From Candidatus Peribacteria bacterium (GTDB lineage Bacteria; Patescibacteriota; Gracilibacteria; Peribacterales; Peribacteraceae), in NCBI GenBank assembly GCA_028286915.1, contig JAQBQQ010000023.1:8005-72004 (forward strand): 64,000 nucleotides of DNA. Reading direction: 5' to 3'. Positions 55,980-64,000 of this stretch are shown here, piece by piece (the stretch's first letter is position 1; each line of letters starts with the position of its first letter). The notes under the pieces were generated by a model, which was not told the DNA's origin, searched no databases, and saw only the letters and a program-made list of their open reading frames with translations. Position numbers and translations under genes: made by a program.

Positions 55980-58583
55980 TTACGCTGCCTGCCTTCTGTC
56001 CGTAGCAGCTTCTCCTGTCATGGTAGTTGGTGATGGCGTTTCTAATATCTGCTGGTTCGCAGCTTTTTCACGTATAACGGCATTTTCATATTGCTTAATG
56101 ACTCTCGGAGGCCAGTTTTCTCTAAAGTCTTTAAATGTGCGAAGTTGCTCGATAATCTGACGAGCCAGTGATGCGCCTGCACTTTTATTTTCCTTTACCG
56201 CAGCTTTAAAAATAATCAGCGGATCCACTATTTTTGCATTTACAAGTGCTGCCAATGCCGGAGTGAATCCGTCATTCATAACGATGCTTGCCATACGCTC
56301 AACGTTACTGTCACGTAAAATACCATCTATACGGTTATTCCATCGTTTTTGCGCTTGGACAATAAAGTTTTTATATTCGTTTTCCAATCCATTGCTTTTT
56401 AATTCTTTTGCCTGATTAATGAATTTTTGCATAAATGCCGTTACGTTTTTACCTCCTTCAAACTCACGGGTTGAGCCATATGCTGTAATGGCTGTTACGA
56501 CATTTCCCAGGATTTGCTCCGTATTTTCTATGAACATATCAGAATCCTCTTCTTTATGCGGATTGGATGTAAAATGGCTTTTAAAGTAACCATTTTCTTC
56601 CAAGTCCACGTAGAATTTGTAACGCTTATCATAAAGAGTAAATTTATGTCCTTTATGGTTTACGAACTGTCCTGTCAGAATTTTTGCCACCAGATCATCG
56701 CGTTCTTTTGTCTCCATGCGTTCAAACATATCCAGACCCATTTTTTCCTGAATATCTTTTTCTATAACATTAATGACTCTTCCGAGCGTGCCGGCATTGG
56801 CAACATTCCTATCATCATTCTTCAGCCATGCCTGAATAGGCTTTCTCTCTGCCTTAAAGTAGCCGAGTGTTGGTGTGGTCTTATAAATGCTTAGTCCTCC
56901 GAATGCTTCCATCATCAAGCGGTTTTTACTGAAGTAATAGCGGGCAGCTTCGTTTTCGCGTAAATATCGGAAAAACATAACAGCCAATCGCGTTATGACT
57001 ACATCTGAAAGTCCGCGTTCTATGGCGCGTTCCATAACACCTACCGCGCCCCAATAGTTTTTATGCGCAAACTGCTGATCAATGATATCCAGGAAATCTT
57101 TGAAATTATCTTTATTCTCGCGTTCCTTGGTACCTTTTTTATTAGCCTGCTCGCCGTTTTTATTCTGGCTGCGTAACTTGATAAAATAGTTACCTACCCG
57201 ATCTTTATCCCAGCTGGGTGGCACAATTTCGGCAAGGCGGTATTTGCGTAACAATTTATCATTTAGATCCATTTCATCAATGTCGTACAGAAAGCCGGCA
57301 TCTGCCGCATATTCCAATACTGCCATGGCAAGATTCGGATCTTTCATGACTCTATCCATTTCGCCACCCTCATCGAACAAATATTCAAAGCCCGGAGCGA
57401 AGTTCTTAAGATATTTTAAGTATCCACCCTTTGCTTCTTCGTTCTTTCCATCCAGTGTTGAATCTACAATCTGCGATACTTCTTTGCCGTACGGCAGGTT
57501 TTTTGCGGCCTTTCCAAGGTTATGAGCTAATTGGGCAGTCTTCAGCTGATCACGACGCTTTATTGTTTCCTTAAAAGCATCCGTAATACTTTTTCCTGCC
57601 GCCATAATCTGATTAAAACTAAAAAGCTGAACAGACATTCTGTTAACCTTGGCCGTTTTCTCGAGTTCCATGGCGTCTCTTACCTGTTGCGTCACTTTAC
57701 TAAGCTCATCAATTTGCCTGTCGGAACCGCTCATTTTTTTTGACACTTCTTTGTAGAAGTTTGTTATTTCAGAGGCAGCTGTCCCAGCCAATACTTCTTC
57801 GGCCTTGCTCCGCGCAACAAGCCGGCTGGAAGGATTGAGTCCCTGCCATGCATTATTGCCCAGCGTGGCATCACCTCCTTCATCCGGCGGCCGGCCGGCC
57901 GTAGAGGCGATATGCTCTGATATTCGGGCCAGGATTTCCTGCCGTGTCTCATATTCTTCAGGATTTTTACCCCAATTATCAGACAGAAAACGTGCGTAAT
58001 CAGTGAGTGATATTTCACCGCTTTCCCATTTTTGCAGTAATTCTAAATCATCGATTGCCTTATGAAGGTAGGATACATCAAGGCTCAGCTGTACAAAGTT
58101 TGCCTTCCAGTCCTGTTGAACTTTCGAGCTCATGGCGGGTAGCAAAAAATCCTGTGTTTCTGCCATGTCTTTTTGTAGTTTTAGACGTTTGTTCAAATGG
58201 CTTTCCATGCTGGAAATAACATCACTTGTCTGTATAGCATCGGATCGCACTCCAGTCTCTCTTTCGCCTAAGAGATTTTCTGAGGCCGTTCCGCCTTCAG
58301 ATAATGCGTCGGCAACGTGAGTTCTGGTCGTATTACGAGCTCCATTTACGGCTTCTTCTTCATCGGTTGCGGGTGTTTCTGCATCTGGCGGCGGAGCCGT
58401 CTGTGACTGAGGCGGTACAACCTGAGGGTTGGGATTCGTAGTTGATGATGTAACTGTGTCTGTTGGATCTATAGGTGCATGTCCCGGGGTGCCGGAAGGT
58501 GCATCTGCAAAAAAAACCTCTCTCTGCTCCCGTAGGGGAGAGTGGTTAAGGGCTTCGCGCGTAACGGGTGAAAACCGCAACAT
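55980..58583 (-). CDS. large hypothetical protein (867 aa, disordered N-terminus, helical)
   Basis: Long uninterrupted ORF; no recognisable motif. Confidence 0.8.
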   Translation of the reverse strand: MLRFSPVTREALNHSPLREQREVFFADAPSGTPGHAPIDPTDTVTSSTTNPNPQVVPPQSQTAPPPDAETPATDEEEAVNGARNTTRTHVADALSEGGTASENLLGERETGVRSDAIQTSDVISSMESHLNKRLKLQKDMAETQDFLLPAMSSKVQQDWKANFVQLSLDVSYLHKAIDDLELLQKWESGEISLTDYARFLSDNWGKNPEEYETRQEILARISEHIASTAGRPPDEGGDATLGNNAWQGLNPSSRLVARSKAEEVLAGTAASEITNFYKEVSKKMSGSDRQIDELSKVTQQVRDAMELEKTAKVNRMSVQLFSFNQIMAAGKSITDAFKETIKRRDQLKTAQLAHNLGKAAKNLPYGKEVSQIVDSTLDGKNEEAKGGYLKYLKNFAPGFEYLFDEGGEMDRVMKDPNLAMAVLEYAADAGFLYDIDEMDLNDKLLRKYRLAEIVPPSWDKDRVGNYFIKLRSQNKNGEQANKKGTKERENKDNFKDFLDIIDQQFAHKNYWGAVGVMERAIERGLSDVVITRLAVMFFRYLRENEAARYYFSKNRLMMEAFGGLSIYKTTPTLGYFKAERKPIQAWLKNDDRNVANAGTLGRVINVIEKDIQEKMGLDMFERMETKERDDLVAKILTGQFVNHKGHKFTLYDKRYKFYVDLEENGYFKSHFTSNPHKEEDSDMFIENTEQILGNVVTAITAYGSTREFEGGKNVTAFMQKFINQAKELKSNGLENEYKNFIVQAQKRWNNRIDGILRDSNVERMASIVMNDGFTPALAALVNAKIVDPLIIFKAAVKENKSAGASLARQIIEQLRTFKDFRENWPPRVIKQYENAVIREKAANQQILETPSPTTMTGEAATDRRQAA

Positions 58584-59069
58584 CTATAGTTTACAAATGC
58601 GGATAAAAGCGTCAAGTAGTTTCTCCTTCATATTTGACCGCTCGGGGAGCAGCTCGGAGAGTGCCTGGCGTATAAGCTGCGGGTCTACATCACCGGTTTG
58701 AATAACAGCTTCCCGGTTCCAGCCTTTTTTGCGAAGAATATGCAGCTCCATGTAATCGGGAGTCGCAATCAGCCAGAAATCCTGGCAGTCATTCCAGGCA
58801 GTGAATACATCGTTCAGCTGGAAGCCATAGTCCGTAACAGTAATTTCGCCCATAACTGCCGGCGCATTGCGCGTAAGGTAATACACGGCGCCAAGCAGCA
58901 GTATGACCAGTGCAAAACTCCAGTTACCGCTAAGAATGCCGTAGGCGGCGCCCGCCAACACAATAACAGCACCGGTTAAATACCATTTGTGGCTCCGTTC
59001 GTGTTCGGAGACTCGTGGCGCGCGCCACGAGAAACGGAGGGACGGTGCGGGAGTTGTGTTTGTTTCCAA
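58584..59069 (-). CDS. conserved CPR-type two-TM hypothetical protein
   Basis: FSWRAP...HERSHKWY, two TM, FWL, EKLLDAFIRICKL; TTG start. Confidence 0.75.
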   Translation of the reverse strand: METNTTPAPSLRFSWRAPRVSEHERSHKWYLTGAVIVLAGAAYGILSGNWSFALVILLLGAVYYLTRNAPAVMGEITVTDYGFQLNDVFTAWNDCQDFWLIATPDYMELHILRKKGWNREAVIQTGDVDPQLIRQALSELLPERSNMKEKLLDAFIRICKL

Positions 59070-59180
59070 ATCATTAGATTATAGCAGAAAATGATGATTT
59101 TTATAAGGTCGTGGGAGTTGCAAATATATAAAAATGTTATTTTATATATTTAATAAACTGGGGATCGCTTTCAAAACTGT

Positions 59181-59271
59181 CTGATGGCCTGCCATCCGTA
59201 GCTCTATCCTGTTAAAAAATAATCACATAACACAAAAATACATGTGAAATAACCCAAAGAGCGAAGAATGG
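59181..59271 (-). repeat. CCA-anchored palindromic trailer element
   Basis: Minus strand CCATTC-TTC-GCTCT...AGAGC-TAC-GGATGG-CAGGCCATCAG. Confidence 0.75.
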
Positions 59272-59376
59272 TGGGTAATACTGGATTCGAACCAGTGGCC
59301 TCCATCCGCCGCGGCGGATCAATGTGGCGCTCTAAACCCAAAGGGTCCCCTTCGGGGCAAACTAAGCTAATTACCC
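59269..59376 (-). pseudogene. tRNA-Val pseudocopy with hairpin inserts in the anticodon arm and D loop
   Basis: Matches 59726-59802 except inserts tccgccgcggcgga (59305-59318) and acccaaagggtccccttcggggc (~59337-59358) and two substitutions. Confidence 0.85.
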
Positions 59377-59415
59377 GGCGATGTAAATAATTGATAATTC
59401 CGATCTTATCTTAAT

Positions 59416-59479
59416 GGTAATACTGGATTCGAACCAGTGATCAGCCGTGGCTGACGGATCAATGTGGCGCTTTCTGAGC
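59416..59479 (-). pseudogene. partial tRNA-Val pseudocopy overlapping the GIY-YIG 3' end
   Basis: ggtaatactggattcgaaccagtga-[tcagccgtggctgacgga]-tcaatgtggcgct. Confidence 0.8.
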
Positions 59480-59713
59480 TGTATTTCGAATAAATTCACG
59501 ACCTGCACCTGTCTTAAAGAATTTTTCTCGTATCATTGCTTCTCCTCGAGTTGAATAAACTTCTTTGTAGATTAATTTCCATGGTCCTCTAGTTTTTGTA
59601 TACGTTGATTTATTGTCCGGGCTATTGTGTTCTTCAATTCGTTTCTTTAAATCCTGTGTCTGACCTTTATATAAAACACCTTCGTTATTTTGAAGGATAT
59701 AGACGTAGTACAT
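59459..59713 (-). CDS. small GIY-YIG nuclease
   Basis: MYYVYILQ...LYKGQTQDLKKRIEEHN...YTKTRGPWKLIYKE...EAMIREKFFKTGAGRE. Confidence 0.93.
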   Translation of the reverse strand: MYYVYILQNNEGVLYKGQTQDLKKRIEEHNSPDNKSTYTKTRGPWKLIYKEVYSTRGEAMIREKFFKTGAGREFIRNTAQKAPH

Positions 59714-59725
59714 GTTATAAAAAGA

Positions 59726-59802
59726 TGGTGGGTAATACTGGATTCGAACCAGTGACCTCCACAATGTCAATGTGGCGCTCTAACCAACTGAGCTAATTAC
59801 CC
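59726..59802 (-). tRNA. tRNA-Val (GAC)
   Basis: GGGTAATTAGCTCAGTTGGTTAGAGCGCCACATTGACATTGTGGAGGTCACTGGTTCGAATCCAGTATTACCCACCA. Confidence 0.96.
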
Positions 59803-59841
59803 GGAGATGTAAATAATTGATAATTCCGATCTTATCCTAAT

Positions 59842-59929
59842 GGTAATACTGGATTCGAACCAGTGATCAGCCGCGGCTGACGGATCAATGTGGCGCTTTC
59901 CTCTTCGGGGCAAACTGAGCTAATTACCC
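59842..59929 (-). pseudogene. tRNA-Val pseudocopy with hairpin inserts, lacking CCA
   Basis: ggtaatactggattcgaaccagtga-[tcagccgcggctgacgga]-tcaatgtggcgct-[ttcctcttcggggca]-aactgagctaattaccc. Confidence 0.85.
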
Positions 59930-60036
59930 GATTATAGTATAGGACTGATGCACAACTTCAGTCGGCCTAGACTAGCAAGTGTTGCAATCTGTCACAAGCC
60001 AGCTTTGTTCATTTGTTAGGCATGAGCATAGGCAGG

Positions 60037-60068
60037 AAAAAGTCGACCTTCCCACTGGGGGAAGGTCG
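60037..60068 (-). terminator. intrinsic terminator
   Basis: cgaccttccc...gggaaggtcg hairpin followed by T5 on the minus strand. Confidence 0.7.
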
Positions 60069-60080
60069 GGAGGATGCAGT

Positions 60081-60422
60081 TTAGTTGGCGAAGTAGTACT
60101 CCACCCACACTGCATCGGGCGTGTCTGATGGCGCCAGGGTGCCGTCCGTTTTTTTGCCCCGGACTTCCCATAGAAAGATGTTGCCTACTCGCTGGAACGG
60201 GTGCGAGTTGCCGTCCCATCTTTTCATTTCGGGAGGGCGAGAGCATTTGAGTGGATGCAGGATCCATGCAAATGTCGTCAGCCTTGCAGCTGACAGGAGT
60301 GCGTCCTCGGCTTCCTTGTTCAGCAGGCCAAGCCGGACGAGCTTGGCGATTTGTTCATGTGGTGCAAGCCTCTGGGAACCCTGGATGTTCACCCGCACCG
60401 CATCGCCGGTTAGGTCGGACAT
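60081..60422 (-). CDS. hypothetical protein (ORFan-like)
   Basis: AGGAG SD; TAGACA-18-TATAAT at 60477-60506; terminator downstream. Confidence 0.6.
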   Translation of the reverse strand: MSDLTGDAVRVNIQGSQRLAPHEQIAKLVRLGLLNKEAEDALLSAARLTTFAWILHPLKCSRPPEMKRWDGNSHPFQRVGNIFLWEVRGKKTDGTLAPSDTPDAVWVEYYFAN

Positions 60423-60598
60423 GGTCGTGTGCTCCTGGCAGACAGACTTCGGAGATGCAAAAGATCCAACACCTGAATTATATACATTTTATAACTATGT
60501 TGTCTAATATTTTATTGTGTGTTTTTGGCATCTAAAAGCAGAAAAATTTATGCGTTAACAGGATAATGCTGTCAAAAATCTGGAATGTTTCTGCTCGT

Positions 60599-61771
60599 CT
60601 ATAAAGCCTGGGAAGCAGGCTTGTCGACGGGAACCAGGGCATGGATTCTTTCTTTTGTTGCCTCTATTTGTTCCACGGTATCCATCGGCGTTATGCTCAC
60701 GTTCATAGTCCGCGATTCACCGGCAGCCAGAACGGGTACCAATCCTTCTTTTCTTTGCTTGCTTCTGTTTGATGCGAAGCTTGTACCCGGCTCCAGCCCG
60801 GTTACGTAGCCGTCCTCCGGTGCATCAGTATTTTTCCAGAGCGTAAAGCAGGGGAGTTCGTTAATGGAAAAATCCATGCTTACAGCTTGTTTGGCATGTT
60901 CATTTGCGAGCATTACTGCTGTTTTTCCATTGGCATCTGCATGAAGATGAATATTATACACTTGTTCGATAAAGCCGGGAGTAGGCGGTTCAAAGCCGGT
61001 CATTGTGTGCATTCCTTCGGCTGCGCGCGAGTTGAAGGGATCGGCCTTTTTAATGGCGGCAATAAATTTTGTATTTTCTGAAAGCAGGGGATCGCCAAAA
61101 TTACAGTGGTATAGCATCTGCATTTCCTGCGGCTGGGATGATTTGTTGGTGACGGTATCCTGAATAGTAAACGTATGGGTTCCCAGTTCGGTATGAATTT
61201 CTGCCTGCAGATCGAGTTTTGGGCCGTGAAATACTCGTTCTTCCACGAGTCCGGCAATTACCAGAAAAATCTGACCGCGCGTGTCGCGCTCAATGCGGAG
61301 CATGGTATTTTTCCCGGGGATGTTTGCCACCTTTCCATGAAGAGTGAGCTGCATCTGTTCCTTTTTCCCGGTGTTATCAATATATTCATCCATTCCCGGG
61401 TGGCCGCTCCACTCCAGCCCGCAGCGGCACATCCATTCGGAAAAACCTTCCAGCCAGCCAAGACCGCCACGGCTTTCCAGGTTTATATATGCCGGGTTCA
61501 CCACCTCTTTAATGGGTGATTTCCATGCCAGTTCCACACCATTATAACTGGCTGAGATGATTCCGAAGCCGCGGGTAGGGGACACGGTTATACGTAACGG
61601 CCCGTTTATAAGATCAAAACAAATGACGCCTTCCTGCCTGCCGCCGCATAGCGTCCGTTTGGTAACAGACCAGTTGGCATTATCCGGCAGAACAGATCTG
61701 CCTTCCAGTGTGTGATCTTTTTTTAGGAAATCACCGTCTTCCAGAGAAATGGTATGAAGTACTTCACGCAT
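60599..61771 (-). CDS. aldose 1-epimerase-like protein (DUF4432 family)
   Basis: LCGGRQEGV, PTRGFGI, GGLGWLEGF, LHGKVAN, LYHCNFG, TLWKN, GYVTGLEPGT. Confidence 0.85.
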   Translation of the reverse strand: MREVLHTISLEDGDFLKKDHTLEGRSVLPDNANWSVTKRTLCGGRQEGVICFDLINGPLRITVSPTRGFGIISASYNGVELAWKSPIKEVVNPAYINLESRGGLGWLEGFSEWMCRCGLEWSGHPGMDEYIDNTGKKEQMQLTLHGKVANIPGKNTMLRIERDTRGQIFLVIAGLVEERVFHGPKLDLQAEIHTELGTHTFTIQDTVTNKSSQPQEMQMLYHCNFGDPLLSENTKFIAAIKKADPFNSRAAEGMHTMTGFEPPTPGFIEQVYNIHLHADANGKTAVMLANEHAKQAVSMDFSINELPCFTLWKNTDAPEDGYVTGLEPGTSFASNRSKQRKEGLVPVLAAGESRTMNVSITPMDTVEQIEATKERIHALVPVDKPASQAL

Positions 61772-62678
61772 GGGCCAGGGCGGGAACAATGCAGGATTCA
61801 GGCTTCGTGTAGGTGGCGGGAGACGGCATGGCGCCGGATTGTGTGGCTACCCATGCGCCACGCCGGCTGGCTTCTTCCGCAATTTCTTCCAGCGGGCTGC
61901 CTGCCAGATAATAATGCACAAAGGCCGCGCAAAAAGCGTCACCGGCGCCGACCGTATCGGCCACTTCCACGGCGTAGCCCTGGTGTTCATACACGCGATT
62001 GTGAGTGACAAATAAGCTGCCTTCCTCGCCTTTGGTGGTACAGACGGTTTCTACCGGGTACTTTTCCAGAATTGCACGGGCAAACCCTACTTCGGAATTG
62101 GTGCCAAGTGACAGTAATTGTGCAATAACAGGTAATTCCTGATGGTTAAGTTTAAGAAGATTGCAGGAGTGAAGCAGGCGGTCCAGCAGTTCCGCGCTGT
62201 AGAATGTTCCGCGCAGATTCACATCAAATACTTTTAATGCGTTTGCCGGCAGGAGCGATAAAAACTCTCCCACTGCTTTGGAAGAAACGCTGTTGCGTTG
62301 GGCCAGTGTGCCAAAGCATATGGCATCGGTCTTGGCGGCCAGTATTTTCCACTGCTCCGTGCATTCCATATAATCCCAGGCTACATCGCTGGCGAATTCA
62401 TACTGTGCCTGTTTTTTTTCATCCAATACAATACTGACTGAGCCAGTAGGGTGTACGGCATCCCGCTGTATGTAGCCGCTGTCCAAGCCGTGATCAGCGA
62501 TAATCTGCAATGCCTCGTCGCCGAGTGCATCGGTGCCTATTCGGCTGGCGACTACTGCGTTATTTCCCAGCAGCCCGCAGTGGTAGGCAAAGTTTGCCGG
62601 TGCGCCGCCCATTTTTTTTCCTTCCGGAAGCAGGTCCCAGAGTAATTCACCAAGACCGACTATAGTATGTGTGCTCAT
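61764..62678 (-). CDS. PfkB-family carbohydrate kinase (fructokinase-like)
   Basis: GLGELLWD, GGAPANFAYH, FGTLAQR, FDVNLR, DTVGAGDAF. Confidence 0.92.
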   Translation of the reverse strand: MSTHTIVGLGELLWDLLPEGKKMGGAPANFAYHCGLLGNNAVVASRIGTDALGDEALQIIADHGLDSGYIQRDAVHPTGSVSIVLDEKKQAQYEFASDVAWDYMECTEQWKILAAKTDAICFGTLAQRNSVSSKAVGEFLSLLPANALKVFDVNLRGTFYSAELLDRLLHSCNLLKLNHQELPVIAQLLSLGTNSEVGFARAILEKYPVETVCTTKGEEGSLFVTHNRVYEHQGYAVEVADTVGAGDAFCAAFVHYYLAGSPLEEIAEEASRRGAWVATQSGAMPSPATYTKPESCIVPALAHA

Positions 62679-63742
62679 GGGCGATAAGAAGGAGAAAGAA
62701 TATCATGGAAAAGTTCGTGTTGTCTTACGCGGTTCATCATATTCAAGACAGGCGCGGCATTGCCTTCGCCTATCGTTGCCACATCTGAAAGATTGATGAT
62801 GGCATTCGGTGTGTGCTTGTTGACGACCACTATCTTCAGAAGATCTTCAAGTTCAAAGGCACTCATATCGTTACTGCTGTCGCCGGCGAACCCGGATGTG
62901 TGAAGTTGCAGTTCACCTCTTCTGGCGAGCTCCAGAATGGCCGGACCTTTGCCCATGCTTCCATGATTGCGGGCCCACTCAAAAATTCCAGTCGCACTGC
63001 TGTTGAGCGGCCATGTTTCGTCGGCCACTCTTTCGGTGGCATGCGGTTTCAGGAATTCCATTATTGTTTCATGAAGCTTGTGATCCGTTATTCTTTTGCC
63101 GGTTCCAGGGATTTCTGCATCGTAAGACAGAATTGTTTTATGGCCACCACCACTCGTGGGATTAAATTCCACGTTAAACTTTTTTGCAGCTTCATCAAAG
63201 ATCGATTTCATGGCAGTGCGTATGTAGGCTACCTTTTCTTCCAATTCAGGTCCGCCAAGGAAAAATTCGGGTTCTTCTATTCCATTTGACCGATACGCGC
63301 CTTGCTCGAAAATCCATTCTTTGAGCCCCATGCCCTGCGGATGAGATCTGTGCAGTGCATCAATTTGCGCTTTATGACGACCTGTTACCGCCCGGACACT
63401 CAGATTTTTATCATATAATTCCAGTAAATAATGCAGCGCGCGCGGATCTAAGTGCTCTGTTCCAATACCTGTCAGTGTTCCATCGCAATCGGATGCAAGG
63501 CTTTCCATGTTCGTCATTCTGTATATAGCTTCTTCGAAAGTTCCTCGTAAGAGATAGACCCGGTTTCGTACATCAGGATTTTCATCGATCAATCTTTCTT
63601 TCAGAAATGCCGCCTGCTGTTGAGGCTGTAAATGACGCAGATCTTCGGTTTCATACTCATAATTTGCATTCATATCCGGATGTAATGATTTAAGGGCAGA
63701 ATTGGTTCGCATATGGAGGACAGAAAATAATGGAACATTCAT
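62675..63742 (-). CDS. HAD-superfamily (type IIB-like) phosphatase
   Basis: ASDCDGTL, VTGR, EQGA, GKGPAI, AGDSSND; start uncertain. Confidence 0.8.
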   Translation of the reverse strand: MNVPLFSVLHMRTNSALKSLHPDMNANYEYETEDLRHLQPQQQAAFLKERLIDENPDVRNRVYLLRGTFEEAIYRMTNMESLASDCDGTLTGIGTEHLDPRALHYLLELYDKNLSVRAVTGRHKAQIDALHRSHPQGMGLKEWIFEQGAYRSNGIEEPEFFLGGPELEEKVAYIRTAMKSIFDEAAKKFNVEFNPTSGGGHKTILSYDAEIPGTGKRITDHKLHETIMEFLKPHATERVADETWPLNSSATGIFEWARNHGSMGKGPAILELARRGELQLHTSGFAGDSSNDMSAFELEDLLKIVVVNKHTPNAIINLSDVATIGEGNAAPVLNMMNRVRQHELFHDILSPSYRP

Positions 63743-64000
63743 TTCTAAGACAGAAACAGAATGCCAGTCTTACATTGGGGTAGCACCTGAAGAGTTTCGA
63801 AAACGTCTCTTATGCTTTTTTCTGTCTTACAGAAGGCATTTTCAGAGGTCTTCCGAAGTGACATATATTGGCAATTTGCATGTGGAGACCGCACGGAGAA
63901 GCCCGTATTTTTCATACGTCGTCCTCTTTTCATTGTGAAACAGATCAGTCATTCTATTTTCCATGCCCTTGCACCAGACATTGTTGGATTTTTTGTTTCC

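Noticed and set aside
59269..59376. Intron-containing functional tRNA
   Set aside because: The inserts are only 14-24 nt and replace anticodon-arm bases, destroying the anticodon. They are too short for group I/II introns and show no clear bulge-helix-bulge.
59714..59770. N-terminal extension of the GIY-YIG ORF in the supplied track
   Set aside because: Overlaps the intact tRNA-Val; MYYVYIL at 59713 is the family-typical start.
59269..59929. CRISPR array interpretation of the repeated ggtaatactggattcgaaccagtg
   Set aside because: The repeats are tRNA-Val T-arm/acceptor sequence, the intervening sequences are themselves repeated rather than unique spacers, and no cas genes are present.
1..64000. 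Alternative genetic code (UGA=Gly, as in Gracilibacteria/Absconditabacteria)
   Set aside because: Conserved genes are full length under code 11 and several, such as eno and dedA, end at TGA at the expected position.

Overview
A gene-dense 64-kb chromosomal segment, most likely from a Patescibacteria/CPR bacterium (Peribacteria/Peregrinibacteria-like; inferred from the CPR-type pilin, stand-alone VirB4-like ATPase, murF-DegT-FemAB cluster and general protein style; standard code with TGA stops). Housekeeping genes: fmt, rbfA, nrnA-like, argS, murF, murD plus murL, grpE, trxB, rpmG-like, recF, ruvC, prs, truB, ftsA-ftsZ, eno, pyk, dut. There are five intact tRNA genes (Met-CAT, Leu-CAA, Ile-GAT, Lys-CTT, Val-GAC). 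No rRNA, CRISPR array or prophage was seen. The most striking structure surrounds the tRNAs. (1) A small GIY-YIG nuclease gene sits between ~200-bp direct repeats built from one intact and three hairpin-interrupted tRNA-Val copies. (2) A family of imperfect palindromes (GTA/GAA or GAG/GAA internal loop) occurs beside tRNA genes, several fused exactly at the CCA end, and two share a 22-nt tail and both neighbour GIY-YIG genes. (3) Partial tRNA 5'-end duplications carry these palindromes. Together these suggest a tRNA-targeted micro-element system, possibly mobilised by the GIY-YIG proteins (inference). Other notable items: a frameshifted REP-associated tyrosine transposase with its REPs, a copper locus including a membrane protein with a PmoC/AmoC-like D-x3-H-x12-H motif, a MurL/MurD2-type epimerase route, 7-9-nt tandem repeats inserted in frame into essential genes, apparently leaderless housekeeping genes, and four ORFan cassettes with full promoter, SD and terminator. 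All calls were made by eye; no database searches were run.
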